Of a stretch of DNA of 51,895 bases, positions 28,510 to 38,014 are shown one piece after another. The position numbers and the translations under genes are program-made. The notes below the pieces were generated by a model. That model was given only the letters and a program-made list of their open reading frames with translations, was not told the DNA's origin and did no database searches. Source of the stretch: an uncultured Eubacterium sp. (GTDB taxonomy: Bacteria > Bacillota > Clostridia > Peptostreptococcales > Anaerovoracaceae); assembly GCA_900551775.1 (NCBI GenBank), contig URXI01000001.1:1-51895 (forward strand). Direction: 5' to 3'. Within the stretch, counting starts at the first letter, position 1. Every line of letters starts with the position of its first letter.

Positions 28510-29274
28510 TCAGCCACCTCCGCACTTGGAGCAAGGACTATATCCCTTCTTCTCCGCATCCTCTTTCTCAATTTCTATATAGTATTTATCAATCATTCGG
28601 CAGCCGGCAAGATGATAGACTTCCCCACTTACACGAAAACAGAATACGGGGCTTCCCACCTGTGCTGTCTTCGCCTGGCACAATCTGCAGGCAGAATATT
28701 TTCGTTTCGTATCCTGAGAGAGATATATCATCTGACAGTTTGATCTGACATAAGTACAATCTTTATGATGATACCGCTTCCCCCATTCAGGGAAGATATA
28801 GACGATATGGGGTTCTTTTTCCTCTTCAAAATCCCTTCTCTCAGAAGGCGCCTGTTTCTGCAATTTTCCACTGAAGGCTCTTGCTGTAATCCTTCCATGA
28901 TAATCGACAGAGCTGAATAAACCCAGAGGATTTTTCTCTTTGAACTGCACATGAAAATCTAAGGAGATCAAGTCCTCAATGTCCTTCGATTTATAGAGAT
29001 ATCGATAAAAATCAGTCTGAAAGGCGTTGATCTTCTTGTTCTCCTGATAAATTCTATGCCTTAAGACTGCAGGTAATGCAGCGGGATTCTTTCGAAATGC
29101 GCTTTTTGTGCACTCCAGATGCATCTCATCAACTGCCGCAAAGTTCACGTTTTCGCAGGTGCCAACAATGGGAACCAGGGACATCAGCATGACGACAGCC
29201 ATAATGAAGATCGGCACGACAATGACAGCCTCTACAATGTAACTGCCCCGTTTAGTATTCTTTGACCACAACAT
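28510..29274 (-). CDS. TadE-like minor pilin with two C-terminal His/Cys Zn-binding-like repeats
   Basis: KRG|SYIVEAVIV class III signal; YHHKDC...CRLC and YHLAGC...PCSKC. Confidence 0.8.
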   Translation of the reverse strand: MLWSKNTKRGSYIVEAVIVVPIFIMAVVMLMSLVPIVGTCENVNFAAVDEMHLECTKSAFRKNPAALPAVLRHRIYQENKKINAFQTDFYRYLYKSKDIEDLISLDFHVQFKEKNPLGLFSSVDYHGRITARAFSGKLQKQAPSERRDFEEEKEPHIVYIFPEWGKRYHHKDCTYVRSNCQMIYLSQDTKRKYSACRLCQAKTAQVGSPVFCFRVSGEVYHLAGCRMIDKYYIEIEKEDAEKKGYSPCSKCGGG

Positions 29275-30472
29275 GTTCTACTCCATTTACCACCATTTGA
29301 AAGCGCAGGCCGGCGCTGAACTCTCTGAGCAGGAAGGTGCTGTAATACAGATATTTCATATTGATCTGTATCAGATCCATGATGCGCAAAAGACGGACTC
29401 TCTCATCCATCACATAAATCAAGAGGCTGAGATAATCTTCATAGGACTGTCCCTGATCTACTCCGGTATATATGTATCCATCACTTGTATTAGAGATAAC
29501 TGAGTCCAAATCCACAGCCCAGGTGGCTTCGCTTTTCATGACCGGTACTTTGTGATGATTCACTAGCAGTTTGTAGTCATTGACACTCTCTGCCAAAGCC
29601 CAGGCTGCCAGCAGAGCTTTCTGTGTGGCAATCGCCGCAGGACCAGGGGTTAAAAGCTGGGCTGCTGCCAAAGCTGCCGCACGCTTCTTCGGCTCTTTAT
29701 TCAGATAGACAAAATTGAGTCCCTCGCGCACTGCAATGATTTTATTTCTAATGGAATTGACGTTTGCCGTATCCGAAGTCTTTCCGCAGATGATATACTC
29801 AATTTCATTTTGAAAAAAGGTTTTTCCCAAATCTCTTCCATTGGACTGATCTTTGAAGTAAGCAAAGATGTATTGGTTTTCAAAGACTTCGTCACCGGCT
29901 TTTGTCATCACTTCACCAAAGGAGTCCGCGTTTTTCAGCATATCCGGAATTTTGCTTATGGTAATCCCCTTTGTCGATCCCGCAGACGGCAGATTCGACA
30001 AAACGGTTTTATTCCTGATCGCCGATGATACCGACTCTGACGCAGCTTCAATTTCTTTTGACGGCTTGATAAACTTTTCTGTCACCGCCAACTTTCCTGC
30101 TTTTATAATCTGCTTTTTTATCACATCTGCATTGGCGAGGGAATACGCATACAGGCTGGAAGATGCACCTTCGTAGTCTATGTATTTTTTCTCTTGAAAA
30201 GATTCTTTGGCATAGAAATTCAATTTTTCGTCGACATCAGATGGAAAACCATAAAAGCCAAAGATATTATAGCGTTTCTGTAAGTTCAAATCATATTCTG
30301 CCAGTATGGAATTCCCCCAGACACTTGCCAAAGCCTCTGCCGAACCATTGACTGCTATTTTCTTAGAAACGTCTATAAAAATGAAAATCATGGATACCAA
30401 CGTCACGAAAAAAATCATCACAAAGACCGTAACTGATCCTTTTTTCCGCTTCGACACGATTCCCCTGCTCAT
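29252..30472 (-). CDS. Large TadG-like pilin-associated protein (DUF5702-like)
   Basis: KKG|SVTVF pilin-like N-terminus; EIEYIICG, YEDYL and RIMDLIQINM motifs. Confidence 0.75.
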   Translation of the reverse strand: MSRGIVSKRKKGSVTVFVMIFFVTLVSMIFIFIDVSKKIAVNGSAEALASVWGNSILAEYDLNLQKRYNIFGFYGFPSDVDEKLNFYAKESFQEKKYIDYEGASSSLYAYSLANADVIKKQIIKAGKLAVTEKFIKPSKEIEAASESVSSAIRNKTVLSNLPSAGSTKGITISKIPDMLKNADSFGEVMTKAGDEVFENQYIFAYFKDQSNGRDLGKTFFQNEIEYIICGKTSDTANVNSIRNKIIAVREGLNFVYLNKEPKKRAAALAAAQLLTPGPAAIATQKALLAAWALAESVNDYKLLVNHHKVPVMKSEATWAVDLDSVISNTSDGYIYTGVDQGQSYEDYLSLLIYVMDERVRLLRIMDLIQINMKYLYYSTFLLREFSAGLRFQMVVNGVEHVVVKEY

Positions 30473-30777
30473 TGCATCATTTCTCCTGCCCGAATGATAT
30501 CTGCTTCGTTGATCATATAGATTTTACCATTTATTTGCTTGCTCATAATCATGCTGATGACGCCGCCTATCTCTGAAGAGGTTTCTTCTTTTTTATTTTT
30601 AATTTCAAAGACAGGTTCGCTATGCATTGCATCTCTCACCATCTGCCTGTGCAAATCCACTTGGACATTGAGGCAGGCGAAGTAGTAGACGATTAATAAG
30701 ATCAAGCTCAAAATTGTCAAAATTAAAATCGGCAGAACCATTGCGGCTTCAACAATTTCATCACCTCGTTTATTCAT
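30469..30777 (-). CDS. TadE-like minor pilin
   Basis: KRG|DEIVEAAMVLP followed by a hydrophobic helix. Confidence 0.8.
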   Translation of the reverse strand: MNKRGDEIVEAAMVLPILILTILSLILLIVYYFACLNVQVDLHRQMVRDAMHSEPVFEIKNKKEETSSEIGGVISMIMSKQINGKIYMINEADIIRAGEMMQ

Positions 30778-30780
30778 CTC

Positions 30781-30915
30781 TCATCCATTGAGACCTTTAA
30801 AGGTGTTGTTGACAAATTCCGTGATCTCTGTTTTAAAAATCAGTCCCAATGCGACTGCGAGTGCAATCAATATGGCGACCTGGACCAGTTCCATCCCTTT
30901 TTTACTTTTTAACAT
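30781..30915 (-). CDS. flp: Flp family type IVc major pilin, 44 aa, MLKSKKGMELVQVAILIALAVALGLIFKTEITEFVNNTFKGLNG (not in ORF track)
   Basis: GGGGAGG SD, KKG| cleavage site, hydrophobic helix, IFK..I..F motif; lies between tadC and tadE. Confidence 0.85.
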   Translation of the reverse strand: MLKSKKGMELVQVAILIALAVALGLIFKTEITEFVNNTFKGLNG

Positions 30916-30930
30916 TTCTCTTCCTCCCCT

Positions 30931-31926
30931 CTACATTTCCATGATAGCCGGTGCAGCCGTAATCATAATCAGTACCAAAAGCAAAAGCGCCAGGGGGAAA
31001 GTCAATTTTGTTTCTGCAATACGGCCCTTCTCTTCGGCAATTTTTTTTCTCTCCGTCCAGAGGATTTCACTTTCAGCTTCTAGCTTTTCCGACAAGTTTA
31101 CACCTTTATACTGATTATCAGCTATAATATTTATAATTCTGGTAAATTCTTTGATTGAGAGTTTTCTCCCATAATCATCCAGTACCGTGACCAGACTATT
31201 GCCAGCCAGGTCTGCTTTTTTCTTAATTTCTACAATCGTTTCGGTAAAATACGTTTTTTCTTCTTTTCGTTTTTCATATCCTTGTGCAATACGCAGGAAA
31301 GCATCGTGAAAAATCAATCCGCTGTTCAGAAGAAGGAGCAGCTGATTATTGAATCCCGGTAGAGACTTCCGCACGATTTCAATCTGTCTTTTTTCTGCAA
31401 TGCGTTTTTTCTGGATGCTGTCTCTATAAAGAAGCAGCATCATCAGTGGGAAAAGCAGAAAGGCGGTAAAGGAAGGCCTGGTCTTCTCTCTATACCAGTA
31501 AATGCGTGTTCCGTCTGCAAGACGATTGGGAAGACGGACATTCTCCGCACTGCTCAGCTCAACCTCGTTGGTCAGAGACTTAATTTGTGAAAGCAGCTCG
31601 TCCTCCTCGTCAGCCTGTTCTTTTTTGTGACTCTCAGATCCTGTTTTACCGGGAAGGGATAATATCAAGTTTTGCTCCGCCTGTAAATTTCCTCTGACAG
31701 CCTTTACTTTGATCGGCACAGACATCCCACTGTCAATATTCTCTCTGGCGATAGCCACTACCCGCCCCTTTTCATCAGTGATATAACTTCCTGATCTGCT
31801 GAAAAAGCTGGCTGTCTGTATGGCGGTAAGGATCAATACCGCTGTCAAAACCAGAACCGTCACTTTTTTCTTCTCCTTGCAGAACTTCAGAAATTCTTTG
31901 CCCTTTGTTTCCAATTCAGACCTCAA
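30931..31926 (-). CDS. tadC: TadC-like (T2SSF) pilus platform protein
   Basis: LLLNSGL and AEEKGRIAETKLTFPLALLL motifs. Confidence 0.82.
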   Translation of the reverse strand: MRSELETKGKEFLKFCKEKKKVTVLVLTAVLILTAIQTASFFSRSGSYITDEKGRVVAIARENIDSGMSVPIKVKAVRGNLQAEQNLILSLPGKTGSESHKKEQADEEDELLSQIKSLTNEVELSSAENVRLPNRLADGTRIYWYREKTRPSFTAFLLFPLMMLLLYRDSIQKKRIAEKRQIEIVRKSLPGFNNQLLLLLNSGLIFHDAFLRIAQGYEKRKEEKTYFTETIVEIKKKADLAGNSLVTVLDDYGRKLSIKEFTRIINIIADNQYKGVNLSEKLEAESEILWTERKKIAEEKGRIAETKLTFPLALLLLVLIMITAAPAIMEM

Positions 31927-32662
31927 TGTTCGTTATCCTTTCAATCATCCAATAGGCGAAAATAATAGCGCCGAGAGCCAGACTCATGAAAATTCTGCCC
32001 GCAGCCGTGGTGTACATGACCTCTAAATAATCAGGTGACATCATCTGCAGGAAAAGAATGATTGCCACTGGCATCATCGTGATAATTCGTCCCTCATACT
32101 TTTTCTGCGTGACCATGGTTTTTATTTCTCTTTCAATGTTTATTTTTTCGCCAATAATCGCTGCCGCTTTGTTCACCGCCACAACCAGATTTCCACCGGT
32201 CTCTCTGCATGCTCTGAAAACTTCTGTGAAATCCTCAATATCTTCTAAAGCTGCCCTCCTGGCAAAATCCTCTATGGCTGCGAGATCACTATCCCCGGTT
32301 TCTTCAATCTTTCTAAGCATGTCTCTGACTTCTCCAAGAAGATCACTTTCACTGCCATAGATATCCATTAAATTCTCCTCAGACTCCTTCAGCGCTTCTT
32401 CCATATGCCTGCCTGTAGCCAAAGAAGCTGATAAGCTGTAAAGTAAATCTCTGAATTGAAGCAGCAATGCATTTTTCCTCCTGTCAGTCAGATAATTACA
32501 ATAGGCTTTTTCTGCCCGCAGGTAAATCAGCGGATAAAGGAGCAGCGGTATAAAAGAATCATAGAATATGTAACTGGCTCCCAGCACGCTGCAGAAAAGC
32601 AGGATAGAAAATTGCAGCCGTTCTTTTTTCGAGAGCTGATAAACGCTATACTCTGCAATCAT
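31916..32662 (-). CDS. tadB: TadB-like (T2SSF) pilus platform protein
   Basis: SASLATGRHMEEAL, ETGGNL and KKYEGRII motifs. Confidence 0.85.
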   Translation of the reverse strand: MIAEYSVYQLSKKERLQFSILLFCSVLGASYIFYDSFIPLLLYPLIYLRAEKAYCNYLTDRRKNALLLQFRDLLYSLSASLATGRHMEEALKESEENLMDIYGSESDLLGEVRDMLRKIEETGDSDLAAIEDFARRAALEDIEDFTEVFRACRETGGNLVVAVNKAAAIIGEKINIEREIKTMVTQKKYEGRIITMMPVAIILFLQMMSPDYLEVMYTTAAGRIFMSLALGAIIFAYWMIERITNIEV

Positions 32663-33860
32663 CTTCCAGTCCTTTCAGAAGAAGCTTTCCTCTGCTGCAA
32701 ATTCGGTTTCCAGTGCTGACCAGTTCCATATCGCTGTCCAGAGCATATAACGGATTGAGCACATACTTTCCGTTTTCGAAGTCTAACAGCTCCTGTACCT
32801 CGATCACCCTTCTTTTTCCATTTTCCAAACGTCCCAGATGAACCATGATGTCGATGCCTTCCACAATCTGCGCTCTGATGGCATCCATGGGAATCTGTGC
32901 CGACATCAGATACATCGCTTCCAGTCGTCTCAGCATGCCGGTCACAGAATTCCCGTGACCTGTCGACATGCTGCCGTCGTGTCCAGTATTCATGGCCTGA
33001 AGCATATCTGCAACTTCTTTGCCCCTCACTTCTCCAACGATGATGCGGTCAGGACGCATCCGCAGGCTGGTCTTGATCAGCATGTCCATGGAAATCTGCC
33101 CCTGTCCCATGGTATTGGCATTGTGGCATTCCATCTGCACCAGATTTTCAATTCGCTCCAACTGCAGTTCTGTCGAGTCTTCTATGACGATGACTCGTTC
33201 CTCGCCAGGTATGTAGTCTGATAGTGCGTTGAGAAAGGTCGTCTTCCCAGAAGAAGTCCCTCCACTGACAAAGATGTTATAGCCGCATTCCACGAGGAGT
33301 TTGAGAAAGTCGGCACATTCCCGCGTCAAAGTTCCCCGGCTGATCATCTCTTCTATGGTAATCCTCTCTTTGGCAAATTTACGGATAGTCAGAACGGGTC
33401 CGCCGACAGCGACGTTTTTGTAAACTGCATTGACACGGGAACCATCTGGCAGTCTGGCATCGAGAATCGGATTCATTTCGTTGATTTCCCGATGTACGCC
33501 GGCGGCGATGTTTCTGATGATTTCTTCCAGTTCCTCCGTGGAGTCAAAGCAATCGAATACAAAACCGATTCCTTCACTGTCCTCAAAGAAAAAGTGGTCT
33601 TTCCCGTTCACCATGATTTCATTGATCGACTCATCTTTGATGTAAGTTTCCAGCATGCCCATTTTGCTTCTAGTCTTAGCATATACCTTTTTAATCAGTT
33701 CTTCGTACTCTTCAAGCTCCAAATCATACTCTCCTTCCAGGACAGTATCTTCAATCAGTTCCATGGCTTCCAGGGTCTGTAAATTATCATTCAATGCCAG
33801 GATTTTATCCTTTACACATTGAATCTGTTCTTCTAATATCTCCTTATTTGTCTGCAGCAC
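32646..33860 (-). CDS. cpaF: CpaF/TadA pilus assembly ATPase (start GTG 33860 after GGAGG)
   Basis: DARLPDGSRVN, GGTSSGKTT, LRMRPDRIIVGEVRG and AMNTGHDGSMSTGH motifs. Confidence 0.93.
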   Translation of the reverse strand: MLQTNKEILEEQIQCVKDKILALNDNLQTLEAMELIEDTVLEGEYDLELEEYEELIKKVYAKTRSKMGMLETYIKDESINEIMVNGKDHFFFEDSEGIGFVFDCFDSTEELEEIIRNIAAGVHREINEMNPILDARLPDGSRVNAVYKNVAVGGPVLTIRKFAKERITIEEMISRGTLTRECADFLKLLVECGYNIFVSGGTSSGKTTFLNALSDYIPGEERVIVIEDSTELQLERIENLVQMECHNANTMGQGQISMDMLIKTSLRMRPDRIIVGEVRGKEVADMLQAMNTGHDGSMSTGHGNSVTGMLRRLEAMYLMSAQIPMDAIRAQIVEGIDIMVHLGRLENGKRRVIEVQELLDFENGKYVLNPLYALDSDMELVSTGNRICSRGKLLLKGLEDDCRV

Positions 33861-33861
33861 T

Positions 33862-34884
33862 TCAGAGTTCCTCCACGATTTTCTTTGCGATAGCCGCAAT
33901 TTCAATTCCATAATTTCTTGCTAAATTGATTCTCAGCGTTTGTTCATCTTCATCCGGGCGGACTACTTCCCGATCCTCTGATATCCAGATTTCTTCACAG
34001 TCCTCCTGACGCCAGTCGTCACCGGCAAAATTTCTGATAAACAGGTATTTTGCCCCGCCAGCTTTCTTTTTGATTTCCTGGGAAATATGCTTGTAATATG
34101 CAACAGGTTCTCCGTTCTGCCATCGATGGACAAATACGACAAGGTCTGAATTTTCCAGGGCTCTTTTATTCTCTCGGCTGAGACAGCTGCCAATGTCGAT
34201 GAAAAAATAGTCGTACTGGCCCTGTTCATCCACTTTCTTTACCAATTTGGTCATCAGTGCAGGTTTGATATCGTTAAATGATGAATTAACGATATCGGTG
34301 CTGAGGTAGTCCATTTCTTCATCTCTGGTAATAAAACTTTCCAGAGGAAAATCTCTCCCGGCGTCCAGGTAATACAGCAGTTTCAGCAGACCGATCCGGC
34401 TTCCTGCCGCAAGGTACTTTTTTGAATCATCTATCGGACAGAGATTCAGATAGAGAAGTCTGCTGCCATAAATGCTGTGAAGCATCTTTGCTGTTGAAAT
34501 ACAGGTTAATGTCGTTCCGCTGCCACCTGCATCGGAGACAAAGGTGACGAGGCGGCATTTGCATGTTCCCCTGTACTCCAACACTCTGTCTGTCATTTTA
34601 AAATAAATAAAAAGCAGGTCATCTATCATAGTACGACTCTCCTCATATTGGTAAAGCCGATAAGGCGCTGTCTCCAATTGTTTCTGCTGCTGGCTTTTTA
34701 CCAGCTGCACCACATTGGGGCGCCCGTCTTCCTTTGATGACAGAACCATATCCAGCTCTTCTAACGTATCCATGTCGTCCATCAGGACAAACCGAACCGA
34801 CCTGCTCTCTCTGGCGAGTCCAATTGCCAATGCTCTGGCGAAGAGACTGTCATCGTGATAAATGCCCACTCTTATAATTTCCAT
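33862..34884 (-). CDS. CpaE/TadZ-like protein (receiver-like domain plus degenerate MinD/ParA domain)
   Basis: First gene of the Tad operon; deviant P-loop SDAGGSGTT, LLYLNL and YDYFFIDIG. Confidence 0.7.
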   Translation of the reverse strand: MEIIRVGIYHDDSLFARALAIGLARESRSVRFVLMDDMDTLEELDMVLSSKEDGRPNVVQLVKSQQQKQLETAPYRLYQYEESRTMIDDLLFIYFKMTDRVLEYRGTCKCRLVTFVSDAGGSGTTLTCISTAKMLHSIYGSRLLYLNLCPIDDSKKYLAAGSRIGLLKLLYYLDAGRDFPLESFITRDEEMDYLSTDIVNSSFNDIKPALMTKLVKKVDEQGQYDYFFIDIGSCLSRENKRALENSDLVVFVHRWQNGEPVAYYKHISQEIKKKAGGAKYLFIRNFAGDDWRQEDCEEIWISEDREVVRPDEDEQTLRINLARNYGIEIAAIAKKIVEEL

Positions 34885-34952
34885 ATTCTTCCTCCTTTCT
34901 CTGAGGATAGAATATCATTTTTGTAAATATATGTCAACCATATTTTTCTATT

Positions 34953-35648
34953 TTATTTATTATCTGCTAATTCTTTTAATTTTGCCAGCGCATCATTGAG
35001 TCCGCCAATTTCATTGATCAGCCCCATCTTCACTGCATCAGGTCCGAAGAGAACGGTTCCCACATCGTTGGACATATTGCCAGTCTGGTTCATCTTTGCC
35101 TCTACCTCTGTCTTGGCAGCCTGGGAATGCTCCACGATAAAATCGACCACTCGCTCCTGGGTCTTTCTCATATATTCAAAGGTTGCATCTGCAGTTATCA
35201 GTGTGCCGCTGGTTCTGATCGGATGCATGGTCATGGTAGCCGTCTTTGCCACAAAGGAATAATCTGCCGATACTGCCAGCGGAATGCCGATGCTGTGTCC
35301 GCCCCCGATGACCAGCGTCACAGTTGGCTTCGAAAGTGAGGCGATCAGCTCTGCAAGAGCCAGCCCCGCTTCCACATCACCGCCGACAGTATTCAAAATC
35401 AGCAGCAGTCCTTTGATCTCCGGATTTTCTTCTACCGCCACCAGCTGTGGTATCAGATGCTCATATTTGGTCGTCTTATTGTCCGTAGGAAGTGCTGTAT
35501 GCCCTTCGATGCTGCCTATAATGTTGATATACTGAAAGTCACTTTTGAAGGCACTTCCCGTAGACAGTAGTCCAAGTTCTTTGATCAGATCCATGGATTC
35601 TGTGTTTTTTTCTTCTCCCGTGTTGGGTTTTTCTTTTTCTTCACTCAT
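34953..35648 (-). CDS. tepA: ClpP-family protein TepA (start ATG 35648)
   Basis: IEGH...[25 protein letters not shown] and GGGHSIG motifs. Confidence 0.88.
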   Translation of the reverse strand: MSEEKEKPNTGEEKNTESMDLIKELGLLSTGSAFKSDFQYINIIGSIEGHTALPTDNKTTKYEHLIPQLVAVEENPEIKGLLLILNTVGGDVEAGLALAELIASLSKPTVTLVIGGGHSIGIPLAVSADYSFVAKTATMTMHPIRTSGTLITADATFEYMRKTQERVVDFIVEHSQAAKTEVEAKMNQTGNMSNDVGTVLFGPDAVKMGLINEIGGLNDALAKLKELADNK

Positions 35649-35706
35649 ATCTTTTGCCCTTTCATCGTAAAATTTAAGTATATTATTTGCAAAGGATGTG
35701 TGATTT

Positions 35707-35940
35707 ATGCTGTTAAGCGAAATTGGCGATAAAGAAGTCATCGATCTGACGAAAGGAAGCCGCCACGGATCATTTTGGGACGCAGAAATGCTGTTTAACG
35801 AAAGCGATGGAAAGATCAAAGCGCTGCTGGTACCCAATCTGCAGGGAAAAAGCAGGTTTGCCGGCGGTCATGATACGATGCAGCTGCCCTGGGAATCCAT
35901 CGTAAAAATCGGAGAGGATATCATTATTTTCAGATCTTGA
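35707..35940 (+). CDS. YlmC/YmxH family sporulation PRC-barrel protein
   Basis: [12 protein letters not shown] and [15 protein letters not shown] motifs. Confidence 0.9.
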   Translation: MLLSEIGDKEVIDLTKGSRHGSFWDAEMLFNESDGKIKALLVPNLQGKSRFAGGHDTMQLPWESIVKIGEDIIIFRS

Positions 35941-36005
35941 CAAAAAAGGATTGACAAATTTTAAAACAGGGTATACAATTCGTGTTAGTTGAAAAGTACA
36001 TAAAA

Positions 36006-36118
36006 TGATCTTCAGGGCAGGGTGAGATTCCCGATCGGCGGTAAAGTCCGCGAGCGTGAACACGCAGGATTTGGTGAAATTCCAAAACCGACAGTATAGT
36101 CTGGATGGAAGAAGATAA
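36006..36118 (+). ncRNA. FMN riboswitch (RFN element)
   Basis: ATCTTCAGGGCAGGGTGAGATTCCCGATCGGCGGTAAAGTCCGCGAG...GGTGAAATTCC...CCGACAGTATAGTCTGGATGGAAGAAGAT upstream of ribD; promoter TTGACA-17-TACAAT at 35951-35979. Confidence 0.97.
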
Positions 36119-36151
36119 CTACAAAAGTAATATGTTTTTGTTTCATTTATT

Positions 36152-36248
36152 TGCTCTGGAATTCCTATATTTCCAGAGCATTTTTTGTAACCAAAGCTGG
36201 TATTTTGTATTACCTGCCCTGAGACCAATCGGTTTCAGGGCATTTTTT
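36152..36248 (+). terminator. Two tandem terminator hairpins in the FMN expression platform
   Basis: TGCTCTGGAA/TTCCAGAGCA+T6 (36152-36186) and TGCCCTGAGACC/GGTTTCAGGGCA+T6 (36215-36248). Confidence 0.8.
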
Positions 36249-36266
36249 GCATAAGGAGGCTTTGCC

Positions 36267-37373
36267 ATGAGCGACAGAGAATATATGGAGCTGGCCATCA
36301 GGCTGGCGGAAAAAGGAAGAGGCTTTACCAGTCCTAATCCCCTGGTCGGGGCGGTCATCGTCAAAGAAGACCGCGTCATCGGATGCGGCTATCACGAAAA
36401 ATGCGGACAGCTCCACGCAGAGAGGAACGCTCTTGCCTCCTGCAGTGAAGATCCAAAAGGCGCCGCCATCTACGTCACCCTGGAGCCATGCTGCCACTAT
36501 GGCAGGACGCCGCCATGCACAGAGGCCATCATCGAGAGCGGGATTTCCAAGGTCTTCATCGGCTCCCGCGATCCCAATCCCCTGGTCAGCGGCAAAGGCG
36601 TCAAAATCCTTCGGGACGCCGGAATCGAAGTGATTACAGATTTCATGAAGGATGCGTGCGATGCCCTGAACCCGGTATTCTTTCATTACATCACACACAA
36701 GACGCCTTATGTCGTCATGAAATATGCCATGACCATGGACGGCAAAATCGCCACTGTTACAGGAGCTTCAAAATGGATTACTGGTGAAAAAGCGAGAGAA
36801 AATGTGCACAGGGATCGCCATCACTACACAGCCATCATGGTCGGCACTGGTACGGTCATCAAAGACGATCCCCTGTTGACCTGCAGACTTCCAGGCGGCA
36901 CCAATCCAATTCGAGTCATCTGCGACACCGAACTGTCAATCCCAATTACAGCAAAAGTGGTCACTACCACCGGTGAAGCAGCCACCATCATTGCCACCAG
37001 CTGCACCGATCAGCAGAAACAGCAGCCTTACATCGACCAGGGCTGTCGCATCTTAGAAGTTCCCAGGGCAGCAGACGGTCATCTGTCACTGCCCTCCCTG
37101 ATGCAGGATCTAGCCGCAGATGGCATTGACAGTATTCTCTTGGAAGGCGGCGGCACTTTGAACTGGTCGGCTCTGGAAGCCGGTATTGTAAGCAAAGTAC
37201 AGACCTACATCGCGCCGAAAATCTTTGGCGGACAAGATGCCAAAACGCCTGTAGGCGGCAGAGGTGTTACGCTCCCCTCTCTGGCTCACAAACTGCGCAG
37301 TCAGAAAATCATCCCCCTGGGTGATGACATTCTCATAGAAAGTGAGGTGATTCCGTGTTCACAGGAATCATAG
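36267..37373 (+). CDS. ribD: Bifunctional deaminase/reductase RibD
   Basis: TSPNPLVGAV, HAE, TLEPCCHYGRTPPC and LLEGGG motifs. Confidence 0.97.
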   Translation: MSDREYMELAIRLAEKGRGFTSPNPLVGAVIVKEDRVIGCGYHEKCGQLHAERNALASCSEDPKGAAIYVTLEPCCHYGRTPPCTEAIIESGISKVFIGSRDPNPLVSGKGVKILRDAGIEVITDFMKDACDALNPVFFHYITHKTPYVVMKYAMTMDGKIATVTGASKWITGEKARENVHRDRHHYTAIMVGTGTVIKDDPLLTCRLPGGTNPIRVICDTELSIPITAKVVTTTGEAATIIATSCTDQQKQQPYIDQGCRILEVPRAADGHLSLPSLMQDLAADGIDSILLEGGGTLNWSALEAGIVSKVQTYIAPKIFGGQDAKTPVGGRGVTLPSLAHKLRSQKIIPLGDDILIESEVIPCSQES

Positions 37374-38002
37374 AAGAAATCGGTACAGTCGGCAGCATCC
37401 AGAAAACCGCATCCGCAGCAAAATTGAACATCCGCTGTAATGAAATCCTGGACGACATAAATCTCGGAGACAGCATCGCGGTCAACGGTGTCTGTCTGAC
37501 AGTCACCACCTTTGATCAAGGCGGATTTACCGCAGATGTCATGCATGAGACGCTGAACCGCTCCTCACTGGGCGATTTGAAGCCTGGCAGCCACGTGAAT
37601 CTGGAGCGGGCCATGGCGGCGGGCGGCAGATTTGGCGGCCATATCGTCAGCGGGCACATCGACGGAACCGGCAGTATTGTTAAATTAGAAAAAGATGCCA
37701 ATGCAATCTGGTATACGATCACCTGCGGTCAGCATCTCATGCGCTATATCATCGAAAAAGGCTCTGTCGCCATCGACGGGATCAGCCTTACCGTAGCAAA
37801 GGTCACGAGAGACACCTTCAGCGTCTCCGTCATTCCCCATACCTTGGGCGAGACGATTTTGTCAGAGAAAAAGCCTGGCAATACAGTCAATCTGGAAAAC
37901 GATTGTATCGGAAAATACGTGGAGCATTTGATGCAGTTCGCCGGAGATTCAAAAGAAGAAAGCAAGATTACAGAGAGTTTTTTAATAGAGAACGGATTTT
38001 AA
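37355..38002 (+). CDS. ribE: Riboflavin synthase
   Basis: MFTGIIEE, GDSIAVNGVCLT, VNLERA and GHIVSGHID motifs. Confidence 0.97.
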   Translation: MFTGIIEEIGTVGSIQKTASAAKLNIRCNEILDDINLGDSIAVNGVCLTVTTFDQGGFTADVMHETLNRSSLGDLKPGSHVNLERAMAAGGRFGGHIVSGHIDGTGSIVKLEKDANAIWYTITCGQHLMRYIIEKGSVAIDGISLTVAKVTRDTFSVSVIPHTLGETILSEKKPGNTVNLENDCIGKYVEHLMQFAGDSKEESKITESFLIENGF

Positions 38003-38014
38003 CAGGAGGTCAAC

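Noticed and set aside
35770..36228. 152-aa minus-strand ORF
   Set aside because: Antisense to ymxH and the FMN riboswitch
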